DNA from: Phoronis australis
Taxonomy: Eukaryota > Animalia > Phoronida
DNA length: 64,000 nt
Direction of reading: 5' to 3'
Assembly (NCBI GenBank): GCA_002633005.1
Contig: NMRA01000836.1
Location: forward strand, 62,001 to 126,000
Part shown: positions 46,136 through 60,840 of the stretch, piece by piece
Layout: each line of letters starts with the position of its first letter
Position numbering within the stretch: position 1 is the first letter of the stretch
Position numbers and translations under genes: made by a program
The notes under the pieces: generated by a model
What the model saw: the letters and a program-made list of their open reading frames with translations, nothing else
Database searches by the model: none
What the model was told of the DNA's origin: nothing

Positions 46136-49100
46136 ATGTCGCTAGGTCAGTTACTGTATCTATGTTCAGTTGAGAGTAGAGTTTTGTTCCGAAAGAATAG
46201 AGACTGAACAATGAAAAGTGTCGTGCATTTAACAAATTCTGTATAACCTTATGTACATGTAAATGAGCACTAATTTCTTCCCAAGCAATCAAGATGTCAA
46301 GATTGAAGGTATCAATATTTGCAAGAGACAGCAATTTACAATCATAATTTGATTTAAAGTTCAAAATACCTCCATATGTTTTTTAAAAAAACATACCCTG
46401 GAAACACTGTGAAAATTTCATTGTTTCCTTCTAAGCAACGCGTAACCCATTTAACTAATAATGACTTGTACATAATATTTATATCAAGAACTGACAAACC
46501 ACCATTTTCATGGGTATTTACAGCCACATTGTTTTTATTCTAGGTGGTTTATTTTGCCACACAAAATTTTTTATCATAGTAACTTGTGCTATATCCACAG
46601 CCATCCAATGTCCCGCTGCGAAGTGAAAAGGCCACCGCGTGGTCAAATATAGTTGTCACAACCAGCACAAACGCATTGCCTCGCTATGCCTCATTGTACC
46701 ATAAACCACAGGAAAACGACCAGAAGTATCTGACGACTTTTCACACTAAACCATGGGCGGTGCACCATATGACGCTACAGGAGGGGTGGGGCTAGGCTAT
46801 AGCCACTCCCACTTTTTTCAGTGCTGTGGTGCCCATGGTCTATGGGCGGTGCACCACCTGGTGGCTTGGAGTGGTATGATTGGTGGTCTTGACTATATTC
46901 AGCATGTTTCAACAAATAAATTCTCGTAACTGGAGATTAATTAATTAACGTATCGTCAGATAGTGTTTGCGGGTGTTCCAATTTTTCAGCTGATCGACTG
47001 GTGGGATTGTCTTTACTAGGTGTTTTTGATACAAAATTGGTGATTTTAAGCACTGCAATCTCCTTTAGATAGTACACCAGTCATGAAATTTCGTTGAAAA
47101 TCTGATGAATTATTCATATCAGCCTTAAAATTTGGGCGTTTGAAACCGATTTCAAGTAGCAGCGAGTAAACTTTCTAGAGCTCAGGCGCACATAATATAT
47201 TACGAGGGGGAGAATTTGAAGACTGTATTGGAATGAAAAAATATATAAATCGTCTGTTCTTCAAAAATTACGAATCTAATGATTTTCTCTGGAAATTCTG
47301 GCAACATTCAAAGTGAATAAGTCTTACGTTAGCATCCCCAAAAAGTAGATTCGCCACGATCTGTTTAAAGGCTATTATTATTATTATTAATGGGTGTTAT
47401 AATTACGGTAGCACCAAAACGTTACGTATTTCCGGTAATTAATACGCATTTTCCCGATGTTCACAATAACTATTTCAAACCTTCGCTTTGTTTTTTACCA
47501 GACACGTAACCCGTCTATAAATAAGTATTTACGGCTTTTCCTAGCAGTCTCTTGTCGAAATAATCTCATATCAGTAGCCTTGCTCGACAGGGCAAGTTAT
47601 CAAGGAGTATAACTGTTAGCAACACTCAAAGTTACAAAATGTAAGATCCTCAAACAGGTAAATTGGCACACGCAATGCATTTTGACGCTTGACAATATTT
47701 TGTCTCGTTTTCGTCAGTGCTATGGTTTGCTACGGTGAGAGCAAAAATGGCGACATGTATGTAACTACATGTACACACTAGGCTTAACTAGTATGTTATT
47801 CGCACTGTATGAATACAGGCGTGCGTTCAGTAGACGCTAGGACCTATACGCTAGGACCTAGCTAAAACCTAGTCAAAGTCACGTCCTCTCATTTACAATG
47901 CACGGCAATATCTCACGTAATCTTGCGAACCCTTGCTTTTTAGCGAGGTCCTAGCGTTACTGAACGGGAGGCTGGACAGCAAAGTAAACAAAAAGTCAGC
48001 GACAGTAGAAAGATGCACTCCGATCGGGAAAGGAGCCCAACCACAATTTTCTTGGATTCACATTTCTTGAATATGAATGCGAAGCACCGATTTGTCTGTA
48101 CATATCGACCACATTCCTCCATTAGTCATGCTAGTTTGCGTTTTTAAGCGCTGCCTGTTGAGAATTCGACCAGCCAATCAGAGGAAAATTAAGTGATACC
48201 TGCGCCGCTGGCTACCAACTAGCAGGCACGCAGGGAACCAGCGAGATGTTGACCAAGACCCTTTTGTCGCTCTGACGTCACACGCATGCTGGCGCCCCCC
48301 AGTAGAGGTCATGAGAATTCGCGATGGAACCGAGTTAACCACTGACAGTACGACATCAGAGGAGTAACAGATAGATTTGTAACAAATAATTCTCTGTATT
48401 GTGACTTTCATCAATCTTCAAAATTTAAGAATTAAGAATGTATTTGTGACATGTTACAAAATGAATTCTGAGGTTGCGGCATGATAGATAATTTTGCTCA
48501 GTTGAGTGGCTGAAGTCCTGCGTTCGCTGCTGTACTGCAAATGGCCACGTTACAAGTAAGCAGAGGTTGTTTTTACGTTTGATCTTCTCATTTGATTTAC
48601 GGCAATGATTGACACGTCTGCTGTGTGTGAGTGGAATGTGGCCGAGCATTCGGTTATTTCATTTTCTTTACATTTTTGAAGTTGTGTCGAAACGGTATAT
48701 ATTTTTGTTCAAAATAGACTCGCATTTGCCAAAGATTCGCGTACTTATTCGTAAATAGTTCCACTGAAGTACAGCACTGTCTGTAGCCTGGTATGCAAAT
48801 GGTGTCATCACCTTGAGTCGATTTATCAGTTGCACAGTGTAAACAAACTGGGTACTGGTATCCTAATTGACCTACCCTTGTAGAGCCTGCAATATTCTGA
48901 TTATTATCCATTTCAATACAAAATATCAACACCAGTCAAAGTGTTTTTCATTGAAAGTTTTGAATGAATTAATAATCCCAAGATGTTAATATTTTCCCAA
49001 AACTCGCCAGCATTTTTACTGAGGCAGCCGGGTTATTTGCCTGATTTTGACAAAACTGTTTTGATTAGTTGGTGTGAAAAAGTTCAGCACTTGGTATAGT

Positions 49101-50394
49101 AAATACAATTCTGTGGTACTCTGGCACAGACAGAACTACTGATAAAAGTTGCTCGAAAACTTTCCGTAATGTTTCGTGTCAAAAGACACTTCACAACTCC
49201 TAACTGGTGACTGATAACCATTAAAGTGACATGTACTGTTATCTACATGAAGTTGATATTACATATCATTCATTTTTTCGGACATTATGTTTCTACGAAA
49301 ACAATGACTCAACGTTCTATGCAAATCCGTTCGCCTGTCAGGCTCCGTCCATTGCCACTTCCACAAAGAAGTGTACACGTACACTCGTCATTGTTTCCAC
49401 TGACTGGTCCATGAACTCTGTTCGTTGACCTCCACCAGGGACGCTAGCGTGCATGCGACGTCGCACTTCCACCTGGATTGGCTCCTTGACATTGTCCCGC
49501 TCACCAAGGGCAAGGGTTAACGAACAGGAAGTGCATCGTGGGTAGTATGATACTACCTGAAGTGTTGCGTCATCAACCAGAGACTGTGACCAGCAAGAAG
49601 AATCGCGGGTAGAAGAAATTGTCTGCAATTGTTGCATCACCAGAGACGGTGACCAGCAAGTACACTGCTGTCGCTATATAATGTGTGTAGTTCGAAGATT
49701 CGCCGAATTAAGAAGCAATAAGTTACAAAACATGACTTGAAAGCAATTGAGACTTGAAATTTTGAAAAATATGAATCATTTTGTGACACCGAATCAAGTC
49801 TTGAACAGCAGTTAACAGTCAAACAAAAAACCATTTCAAAATTATTTCAACTATATTTTTAGCTTAGTGCAAGATCACCTGAATGGGAAATTTACAGTAA
49901 AATAATTCGAATATAACTCATATTTTTGCACAAAAACACGAAAATTGAACAAAGTCTTTTTTTGTATCAATGTTTGTCAAAACGTATCAACTTTAAATCT
50001 TCACAAATTACAAAGTAGCCGATTGAACCTGCCTTTCAGTTCAGCAAAAGTCGCCATGTTGTCGGTGCCGCCAGAAATGAAACGAAGTCCAACGGGAATT
50101 GTGAGCACATTTATCACTTAATGAGTAACAACTGCGAGGCTGAAATTCGGTGAACACTTTTAAATCGTGCAGAATAGTAAGTAAAGATATGTCTAACTAA
50201 ATTTCACCGTAATTTGTTGGCGAAAACAATTTACACAAAGTTTTAAACTCGTAACTTATCCCGCTGTCCTCCAATATTGCCGACGCGATCCAAACAAAGT
50301 GACCCAAATTTCGCCACAAAACTTGCAATAACTTTACACTGCTTGCCCCGATTTTGATACATTTTATTTTTACTGAGTAGAATGCACTACCTTT

Positions 50395-53300
50395 TAGTCT
50401 AGACGCATTTCCTGAAAAGAGCCCTGTATAAGGTTTTAGAAGCATTTTTTAGTAGAAGTTGGGAACAAGTTTTTTTAACACAATCAAGGCATGGCGAATT
50501 CAACTAACCCTGTTCCCAAGCCGAATTTTGCATTTTTGACCATCTAATTAGCATAAACAAAATGGCGGCCAAATTGTCAAGTTCAGATGTATTTTTGTAA
50601 TAAAAATCACAATATACCATTTAAAATGGTGAAATGTCTCACCTGTACACTTCTTATAAATACTTCTTGAGCAATAGACCACTTATAAATAACAAAAAAT
50701 GCAACTCTAAAAACTAATTATGCAAATTAGGTGCCTCCATTACCATACAATGTAATTTGCGTCTTAAGTTTGTGCTCCTGCAGGTTAACTTGAAAAATGA
50801 GGTGTTAATACTTATATTTTCATGGTCAACAAACATGCTAAAGACATTTTTGGAGCAATTTATTTCATATTTATTGGGTTATAGATGTAAAGTCATAGAA
50901 TGTGGAAAAACAGTCGTTATTCTGCAATGCTAGTTAAGCAAGGTGACACTATTTTGACGGATTATAAGGACAAATGTTCACACTATCCTGTTATCTTCCA
51001 TTCATAAAAAACAATTTAGTTATTGTTATTGAATACATTAGATTCTCTGTTGCATGAATTGTTTTCAGGCCTGTTGAACACACTTTTAGCATTCACTTTT
51101 TGGTACTTTTTAACATGCCTGAAGCCAGGCAAATCAAACTGTTTGCATACAAGGAATCTGATCATGAATGTGCTGCTGGCATGTGCATAATGATATGCAT
51201 CGAAATCCAGATTTCTTGCATCTGCATTGTCTACTGTTGCGTTGTTTCTGGCATCCACACAATACCATCTCTAGGCAGCTTTCTGGGATTTTACTCTGTG
51301 TCATCAGCATGGGCTGCAAGCATAAGTTTGTGTGTGTTCCTCCAATATCAGAGGGTGCTGGGAGCTCAGGTATGGAACAATGATCATTTTGCCATACCTT
51401 GACCTGATAGTGCACTCTCATCAGATGGAAACGGTGGGCATTATGCGTTGGGGGAAGGACTTCTGGGTTCACGGGCTTGGAGAATAGTAAATGGCGTGCT
51501 ACATCAACAGGTCTGTTCTGGTCATGTTGTATATTCTGCAGACAAATACTTCTGAAGCCATCGTAATTTTCTCAGTGAGTTCACCAATGCAGAGGTTCTT
51601 AAGCAATCTGTGATGCTCAGGAACACCTTCCATGATGATTGTTTCGTGTGATTGGCAAAGTACGATTTGGTGCCAAACCCGGTCACAGCATGAAAAGCAA
51701 ACAAGGATGTTGCTGAGTCTCGTAGTAGTTTGTTGAAAAGTGCTTCAATAGGTATATATGACATCAGTCAGATATGCTCACATTGCATTTATTGGAAGTG
51801 CGATACCAGAAGTAGTAGAACATCGGGTGTCCCTGGAAAACAGGACTGACTGTGGACAGCATGCAGTACCAATCTTGCATCTGCTTCTTCATGTGTGAAT
51901 TTCAGATTCCTCAAATCAGTCATATCCTTAGATGATTTAATTGACTTCCAGCTCAGCTTTGAACCCTCCTGCAACCATAACCTCTTTATCTTCAGGTGTC
52001 TACAAACACAGTTCCTCTGACAAGAAATGTGCTAGGTCTGCTTTATTCTCAGCCAGTGTCCAAAAATTTGACTAGTTTTGAGGAAGAGGTACATCATGGC
52101 CTTCCAAAAATCACCTGATTTGCCGTGTTCCTTTACTGTGTTGTTTTCTTGTTGTATTCTTCATTGTTTCTTGTCTGTACATGTATCTGTCAAATACAGT
52201 ATCAATTTTATGATATCAAAATCCTGTGTTTAGCACTGCTTTCGTGAATGAATCGGCCAGATTTTCGAAGGTCACATCACCATCAGGCTTCCCAAGAGTT
52301 ACCAGCAATGCTTCGCTATCAATAATGAGGCAAGCGGACGTGTCGTGAAGCTGAATTGTTTCAAGACAGTCAATATGATAGCTATTAATACTTCGACAAG
52401 TGAAGATTTATATCCAGTGAGCAATTTTCCACTCGTTTCTGCAAGACAACATGGACTGGAAGAAGCTCGCGTTTGAGCACAGACGGCAAATCAATTGGCC
52501 GACCCGCCTCGTAAGCCGTAGCTAGACAGTGAAGTACATCCCTGTCTGCCGTAAGAACTATTTTCTTATCTTTATCTTTGGTTTGTTTCACCACATCATA
52601 TAAGTTGGCAAATGTTGGGGCATTATTTTTGCGCATAGGTGCATGAATTGACATGTCTGAATTATCGCATTGCTCAATGATAATCTGTCGTGAACAAATT
52701 TCTTAATTTGTTGATGTCCAAGTTCCTTGGCATGCAAAAGTGACTCTTGGATTGGTGCTATTGCTAGGTCTTTTGTTGCAAGGGTTTGTAGCAGCTAAGA
52801 CCTTGCGGACGAGAAGACCTTCATTCCATGGAAAGTGTAAAGAAGGGAACTCTCAACATTATTTTCGCACAGTTTCCTGGCTTTCGTGGCTTCGTTGTGA
52901 AACTATGTACTCCCACAGCGGTAAGTTTGTTCAGCTATATGACATCTCAGATGCAACGAGAGTGTCCACCTCCCTAGAGCTGACGTGGTTTTGGTATTAC
53001 CGTTGATACCACCTCTTTTTTGCCTGCCCCATTTACCCACTTTTCAGAATCTAACTGACAGAGCATATGAGGAGATCACTTGACTACAAAATTTCCTCCT
53101 TGAACCTCTGACCAAACAGACTGTGGAAGCTGATGCATCTCGACTAAAAAGACCGCACCCCACTCGGGCATAATTCGGTGGGGCAGCATGAGAGTAAATG
53201 AATAGAGATGCAGTTCCCAAATGCCATTCCGTTGAGAGCATGTGTACTTTAACAATATTGGAACCCTGTTCATGTAACTTAACCAGAAGCTGAAATTCAC

Positions 53301-54630
53301 ATCATTAGACCTACTGTTGACAAAATGCCCAGGAGTTTCCTGAACTTATCCTGACTGAGAAATGTTATCAATTCCGGAATTTTCTGTGGATCATCATCTG
53401 CAGACATAATGGAAATACAAGCATGACAGTCGCTTCTGTAATGAACGAGAGAAGGCTTGGCACCAGGAGATGCCACAGAGCTTGCAAAGACAGTTTGTGT
53501 GCCCTCATACTGTAGCTTTGCTGTAAGACTTTCCACTGAAACTGACTTAAGTTCATTTTTGACTTAAGTTTAAGATTTGTCTTAACTTCCAAACTTTGAG
53601 TGAGTTAGTCAAAATTAAGACAAAATTATGTCAAACACTTAAGTCAAACTTAAGATCTTTTTCTTGAATTGGTTTTGAGACAGATCTAATTTTTATTTTA
53701 AAATTTCCTAAAATTTAAGATTTGTCTTAGCTAAGTCAGTGTTGTGGGAACGGGCCCCAGTTCCATAGGTCATGACCAAGTACTGCACTCTCTATACACA
53801 CTTCAGCTATTCCGGAATCACTCATGTGATCTTCTATGGCCTTGATGAAGTTCACTGATACATGAAGAACCACTAAACGAGGTACTGTATTAACATATTT
53901 TGGTATTCTGGGACCGACCAAGTAATCGCCATTAATCTGCAGCAGAGTGCTTAGTCGACTTTGAGGACGGTATGTTCCTGTCCAAAATGGGGCGATATGG
54001 CCATGCATCTCTTTACAACAGTATCTAAAAGTCATGTTGTTAATGTTTACAGTACTTTTATGTCTTATGTAAATAGTGAGATGTTCGCAAAAAAGCATTG
54101 ATAATTATGATTTCTAATTTAATTTTCAGGCTTTATTAATGAGCATAAATTGTAACTTAGTGAAGATGAGATAAAAAGCTTCACATGTGTCATAATGATT
54201 TTTCCAGACCTTCAAAACATAGGTATAGACACTTTATTTGTCATGTTTGCCTGCAAATTGATAAAGTTGCACCAATATTTGAAATTTTCGGTAATGGCGG
54301 AAGCTAATTAGCATACTTGGGGAATTTAATGACGTTCATTAATATGTTCTTAAAATTAAGTGATCTAAACTCACTTATACTATGTTTTTGTAGCACAAAC
54401 TTCCTAATTATTCGTCACATATTGTACTCCTGGTCCCACGAATGCTTATCGTCTTGTTGGTTTGGCGGCCATTTTGTTTATGCAAATTAGATGGTCAAAA
54501 ACTCAAAATGCAGCTTGGGAACAGGCATAATCGAAATCAGCACACCCTAATTATGCTAAAAAGATACGTTCTCCACTTTTACTAAAAAATTCCTCTAACA
54601 TGCACATTTTCCAGAAATGCTTCTAGACTA
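50395..54630 (-). mobile_element. Decayed Academ (AcademX-type) DNA transposon
   Basis: TTT|TAGTCTAGA..TCTAGACTA|TTT with ~190-bp imperfect TIRs (shared aaacaaaatggc(g/c)gccaa, tgaccatctaatt, tgttcccaagc). Broken ORF contains HAPPNYAR, VFDRY, NWSxFL..ENKADLA, HEEADARLVLHA (XPG-like), HAVTG, LPPT..H..RVHYQ..VW and a Cys-rich CGC..CRCKKSGFRCISLCTC tail. Confidence 0.88.
53530..53757. mobile_element. MITE family A nested in the Academ element
   Basis: Reverse complement of 229-467; ends ..gggaacgggccc|cag. Confidence 0.65.
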
Positions 54631-55659
54631 TTTCCGATGATAGCAAAGTAGTTTTTCAAAACGAGAAAAAAATAAAACCGAAAAAAATTGGTTCGACCCA
54701 TATTGGTTCCTACATGTAGGTTCGACCGGCCTGCGTAAGGAACTAAACACCGATGCTATTTTAACATACTAACTACGCGTAACATTCCAAAAAAATTCAA
54801 CGACAACTAACTACAAACTAATCACGAGATATTACTAATAAAACAAAATAATGAAGACTTTTCGAGCAAGCCATAGCACATTCAGTTACAAGTAAAAAAT
54901 GGCGGCGTTCAGGACAAATTCCTGAACTGATGATCCGGAAATGTGGGTACGGAAATAACCGATGACAGCCGGTAATTATACGCTCACAGAGAAGGGTCAA
55001 ATACTGTTAAAAATCGCTTTTGGCAAGAAAGGCGAAACGAATATAAAGAAAGGGTGTCGAAATCAAGATTTTATGTAGTAAGTATTTTCTGATACTGGAA
55101 CCACATGGCAGTTTGAGAGAAGGAATTTAAGTGCTGACACGTGGCTTGAAATTACAAGGTCAGTAGCCCTGGCCTCAGTAATCACCCCGTCCTATCATAA
55201 TAGAAAGAATATTGTCAGACTGAAGATTCCGTTACATTCTAAAAATGTAAATACATAGTAGAAGAATAAGATAGTTTTAAGTATATACGCATTTTGCTAT
55301 GGTGGAGCGTCAACTCTACGCTCACTTCTGTGGAGACTGGTCACAGTGATGCCCCAGTGTTCCCAGTTTCACCAGATACGTTGTAAAGGATCGTCTGTGT
55401 TGTCGCTAAGGTCATCATTTCTTCAAATAGCTTTGTCACCAGACTCCCTTTGTCAAGCCGAGTAAAACGCCGTGAATGTAGACTCACAAGTACACACGGT
55501 TCATGGCAACTGTGTGTTGTACATGTACGTGGACAAGCGTGCGGTCCCTGGGCAATGACATCAACTGTTTTATTTCAGATGATGCAGTGCAGCGCGTATA
55601 ACATGATCCCTTTGTTACCGGGCTCAATGCATCAGGTTTATATTTTGGGGTGTCGTAAG

Positions 55660-56435
55660 TAGGCCTAGTTGCGCAAGTGACATGTCTGTTCTATTGCTTT
55701 AGATCCTCGGGAGTGACGAAGTTTTTCAATATAATACGATTAATGCCCACTTATACCAATCCCATGTCACTTTTCACATCGTTAAAATCTATGAAAGAAA
55801 TATAAGGAGTTCAAATCGTTTGTCAACAACCGCATACATATACACTGTACGTAATTGTATGCGCCCCTATCCACCCAGTGCATATCGATGTAAATCTCAG
55901 TCTTTGAAATTGAGTGCACAGTAACTTTTCAGACACGTTACCGGTCTTTCACTTCATATTGCCTAACCCGCCTCCCGCTAATGACCCCGAACTCCCATTT
56001 TCAAGAAGTGGACACAGTCCCGCACTACTAGTCAGCTGATATTGGTCCACCAAACCCCGGCTAAATGGTTCTTTTTAAACACAAATAAAGGTCCGGCTTG
56101 GTGTTTTTAAACGCACATAAAATTCTGTTTTGGTCTTTTACTTGAGGTTGTGATTGAATTTTTGAGTCTGATCTTTGAAAAATAATGGGGTGGCTTTGTT
56201 TGTCAATACACGTAGTGTAAATGTATATCTTCCGTCTGGAGAACGAGGTGTTAACTTTTTGACAAAACCAGATTACAATGTGGGAATCCTCCAATTAATT
56301 ATCGCCACTTGCTATGATCAAACTCCTAATAAGTCAATAAGGCTTCTTCCTCGATTTCTTTCACCCGATTGTTGATCGATCATAATTGCGAGAAGGGATG
56401 CTCGACTAACTGGGTTTGGTTCAAGTGAAAAATTA
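55660..56435 (+). pseudogene. dUTPase-like relic
   Basis: Fragments in dUTPase order across frames: TGLSLHI (55940), RSGL (56089), VVIE (~56147), ILQLIIA (~56286), R..GFGSS (56412-56426). Confidence 0.45.
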
Positions 56436-56926
56436 GGATACTCGTTCATTTTGAGATAGCACTCGAAAAATAGGCAGATTTACGGGGCAGCAGTTGCCAT
56501 GAAAAGATATTCGGAGCCTATTTTTGGTAGGACCTTATGTACAGCTGCGTTTTCATCCCTTGTTTCCTAAACCAACCTAAAAATGAGTTCATTTGTTGCA
56601 ACCAAATATATCATTGTAGACGTTTTAAATTGGAAATTGCAACCCCGATCTTTCCAGTTAAGTCTCGTACTTAAAAGTAAGTCGTTTTAAGGGTAACCAA
56701 GTCGGAAAATGTTTTGTAGAAAATATGAGGAACGAGTCACAATTTTGAAAAATAGATTTTGTTGGAATTAAACCGCAGCAACTTCGTTACGGATGGAGGT
56801 TGGGAAAGTGCCACGCAGCTGAGCGACACGTGGAGTGATTTCTCGCCATCACCAACTAGTACTGTTTACCTTTTCAACGAACAGATGGCGCTACTGTACG
56901 TATTCTTGTTCACTTCAGTAAATGTC

Positions 56927-58225
56927 TTAATACTCTGCGCGTGTAAGCGCATAGTACTGTTGTTCCTGGGGTTTCTTCAATTTTATTATTCTGCGCGTGT
57001 AAGCGCAGAGTACTGTTGTTCCTGGGTTTTCTTCAATTTTATTCTTCTTATTCTTATTCTTATTCCGACTAAATTTAACGCTTAATAACTCCAAAATGGT
57101 TGCAGGAATCTTCTTCAAATTTAAAATATGATGTTACGCAGTATATAAATTTCGATTCATTATATATTCATATTCCATAATGCACCGGAAGAGGTCGTTT
57201 GGTGCAAAGGTCATATAATTTTCAAAATGCTACTCCTCCAGTTTTAAAGCTATCTTTTTCAAATTCGGTGCACAGGTATAAGTCAACATGACAATTTAAA
57301 AATTACTTTTCTAAGTAATCGGGTCATCCAATCAGGTGAAATATGTCAAAGGTCATTAGGTGCAAACTAAAATTTTGAGCTAGACACTTCAAATTGACAC
57401 GTCTGATTGCCACAGGTAAATCAAATCGGAATCTAAAGTTTCAGGTTATTTAGTGCAAACATGGGGTCATTAGGTGCATTTTTCTTCTGAAAATTTGACC
57501 TTTTCAATCGGCGAGTATTCTGATGTGTCAACCGTTAGACAACTGTGATTCTCAGCGTTAACCGCATTTTTCATGGGCTTTGCAATAATTCTCCTAAAGA
57601 TGCTTGAAATGCACCGGATACGGTCAATTAGTCCAAAGGTCATCTAACGTTCAAAATGTTATATCTTACGTTTTTCAAGGAATTCTTTTCAATTTCAGCA
57701 CACTAATGTTAGTCAACATGCCAATTGAACAACCTACTTAATTACGTAATAGGCCTAACCAATCAGAAAAAATAGGTCAAAGGTCATTGAGTGCAAACTA
57801 AAAGTTTGAGCTAGAGACTACAAAATTACATATCTGTTTACCATAATGATTGAGTTTGAATTCTAAATTTTCAGGTCATTTGGTGCACCCTTGGGGTCAT
57901 AAGGTGCATTTTTCTTCTGAAAGTTCGACCAATTCATTCACCTTGTATTCTGAAGTGCTTAAAGTAAAACATCTGTGATTTTTAGCATTAACCACACTTT
58001 TAATCGAGTTAACAATTACTCCCTCATCGGGGCTCATAATGCACCGGAAGAGGTCAATTAGTAGAAAGGTCATCAAAAAATTAACATGTAATTTCTCGTA
58101 CAATTTAAATGAATTCCTTTTCATATTGGTAAACGGGCTGCTGTCAGTAACTTCCCATAACAGTTCCAATAATACGCACGCGCAGTGTCCGTTATTGTCA
58201 CGACGTGACAATAATCTTTCTAGTT
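56927..58225 (+). mobile_element. Helentron-associated interspersed element (HINE/DINE-1-like), apparently complete
   Basis: 5' hairpin ctctgcgc..gcgcagag (duplicated), (TTC/TTA)n microsatellite, ~150-bp ggtcatt.ggtgca cores, 3' subterminal inverted repeat gcacgcgcagtgt, hairpin ttattgtcac-gac-gtgacaataa, and CTAG-TT end. Confidence 0.75.
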
Positions 58226-58510
58226 CTTCTTATTCTTCTTATTCTTATTCTTCTTCCGACCAACTTTGAGGCTTAATAACTCCAAATTGGGTGCAGATAC
58301 GGTCTTTAAATTCAGCATATGACTTTTGACAGTATATATATTTTGATTGGTTATATAATCATATTCCATATTGCACCAAAAGAGGTCGTTTGGTGCAAAG
58401 GTCATATAATTTTGAAAATGCTACTCCTCCTTCAGCTTTAAAGCTATCTTTTTCAAATTCGGTGCACAGGTACAAGACATGACAATTTAAAAATTCACTT
58501 TTCTAAGTAA

Positions 58511-59939
58511 TCGGATCATCGAATCAGGTGAAATAGGTCAAAGGTCATTAGGTGCAAACTAAAATTGTGAGCTAGACACTTCAAATTGACACGTCTGATT
58601 GCCACAGGTAAATCAAATCGGAATCCAAAGTTTCAGGTGCAAACATGGGGTCATTAGGTGCATTTTTCTTCTGAAAATTTGACCTTTTCAATCAGCAAGT
58701 TTTCTGATGTGTCAATCGTTAGACAACTGTGATTGACCTATCGCAAGCTCCGGCCCTATGCGAAAAGTCACGTGATACCCGACAATCGAACGAGATGTCA
58801 GAGGCAAATACACTGTCGCTAAACGACGTTCCTGGAGGTATCGATGACTGCTTTTGCACTATTTGAAAACGCTTCGACAGAGACAAGAGGAGATGATTTT
58901 CAACAGATAATCGTAAGTTCATGATATGGGAATTTGTAAAGGTGACCATGAAAAAATAAGTGCTCGAGGAGCCTGCGAAAATCCGAAGAAACCCTTGGCC
59001 TTGGCAACCTTCACCTGACAAATGACAAGGTCAATGATACGATATGTTCATGTAAAGCTGAGTATGTACCTTAAAGACGAATTATCTGTACGATTCCATA
59101 GATTTCATGATCTTTCGAACAAAATCAGTGAAGATTCACAGATATTTTTATTCTGTCGTCTGCTAAATTTCGCCAAATGAAAAGTAAGTCACAATTCTGG
59201 TGGGACTCTTGGAGTAAAGTAAGTCATAGATTACAGACAACACATGCACTATAGTCTCTGACTAGGTGGACTCGATAGCACTGTTTACGCTTTTCTAATC
59301 TTGTAACGAAATATTTTGATAAAAAATCAAGTTCATAGCTCAGGTACACACTCATCTCGTCCTAGGTAAACAGTTAGTTCCGGTAGGTCTAGGGCTGTGT
59401 CTAAGTCAAATCAATGCCTGGAATTCAGTTGCGGATCTAGGACACCACAAGGGGGCCCAACATATGTTGCCTCGTGGAATTGAGCAAAGTGCGATTGTAT
59501 GTGCACAGGCGGCCCGAAAGTTGCAGGTTCCAGAGATGTAGACCTTTGGACCTTCTGTTCAGAAAATCTATCGGTGGACTAAAACAAACAGGAAAACGAT
59601 TCCGCCGAGATCTGGGGTCTGAGCACCCCTCTTCCGCTACCGGTCTTAGTTACTAAACTCAATATTTCCTCACGCTTCACGCTCTTCTTATTTCATTTTG
59701 TTTGCGGCATCCAAAAGGGGGAGGGGGCTGGGGCTCATATGGAATTGTCCGTTTGCACCATTAAGACATTTAAATGAGGCGTACCTTCTAATGAACTTGG
59801 CATTTTTTTGTAGTTTCATTCCATAAAGGTAGCTTCCATTTAATTTTGAAGGTAGCATGATCACTAAGTCGTGGTATGGTTACAAAAGATTACAAGTCTG
59901 GTGTGGTAGTTGCAAAAATAGGGTATTTTCAAAAATAAC
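58511..59939 (+). other. Near-identical duplicate of 61176-62614, probable uncollapsed haplotype
   Basis: Almost identical sequence, with breakpoints at N 59940 and N 61175. Confidence 0.75.
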
Positions 59940-59940
59940 N

Positions 59941-60840
59941 ACACTCTGGAATAGGTCCGGCAGAAACCAAAAAAGACCCCCCAAAAATGAGCTAGCACAT
60001 ACATGTACATTCAAGGTACCACACAAAACCAATTCCATGTGATTCAATACATGTCACAGATCACTAAAACCCCTATGACAGACAAAATACACTCTGGGTT
60101 GTGCCCGGCAGAAACCCCCAAAAATCTCAACCATGGTATGCCATCAAAAATTTGAGCTAGACTAGATTTTCGAGGTACCGGCCAAAACTGATTTGAAACG
60201 AACAATAATACCGCACTAAACACCAAATGACCCATGACAGAAAAATTGCACTCTGGAATGGGTCCGGCAGAAACCAAAAAAGGACCCCCCAAAAATGAGC
60301 TAGCACATGCATACGAGGTACCACACAAAACCAATTCCATATAATTCAATACATGTCACAGATCACTAAATGCCCTATGTCAGACAAATTACGCTCTGGA
60401 TTGTGCCCGGCAGAAACCTTAAAAAATTTCAATCACAGTATGCCATCAAAAATTTGAGCTAGATAAGATTTTCGAAGTACGGGCCAAAACTGATTTTAAA
60501 TGAACAATAGTACCGCACTGAACTCCAAATGACCCATGACAGGCAAATCGCGCTCTGGAATCGGTCCAGCAGAAACCAAAAAAGGAACCCCCCGAAACAA
60601 TGAGCTAGCACATACATTTGAGGTACAACACAAAACCAATTCCATGAGGTTCAATACATGTCACAGGTCAACAATTGTGCTCTGGAAGGCGTTTGCCAGA
60701 AACTCAATGACACCGTAAAAGAAGCTAGGTCATCATTCGGGGTACCACAATAAACAATTCCATGTGATTCAAATAGATGTTACTGGTTACCAAATACGCT
60801 ATGACAGTTAAAACCCAGAGTGTGGGTTGTGCTCGCCAGG
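59941..60840. repeat. Satellite-like array, ~150-bp subunits forming ~305-bp dimers
   Basis: ctctgg..ccggcagaaacc..tgagctag..aggtacc recurs about six times with A/B alternation. Confidence 0.85.
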
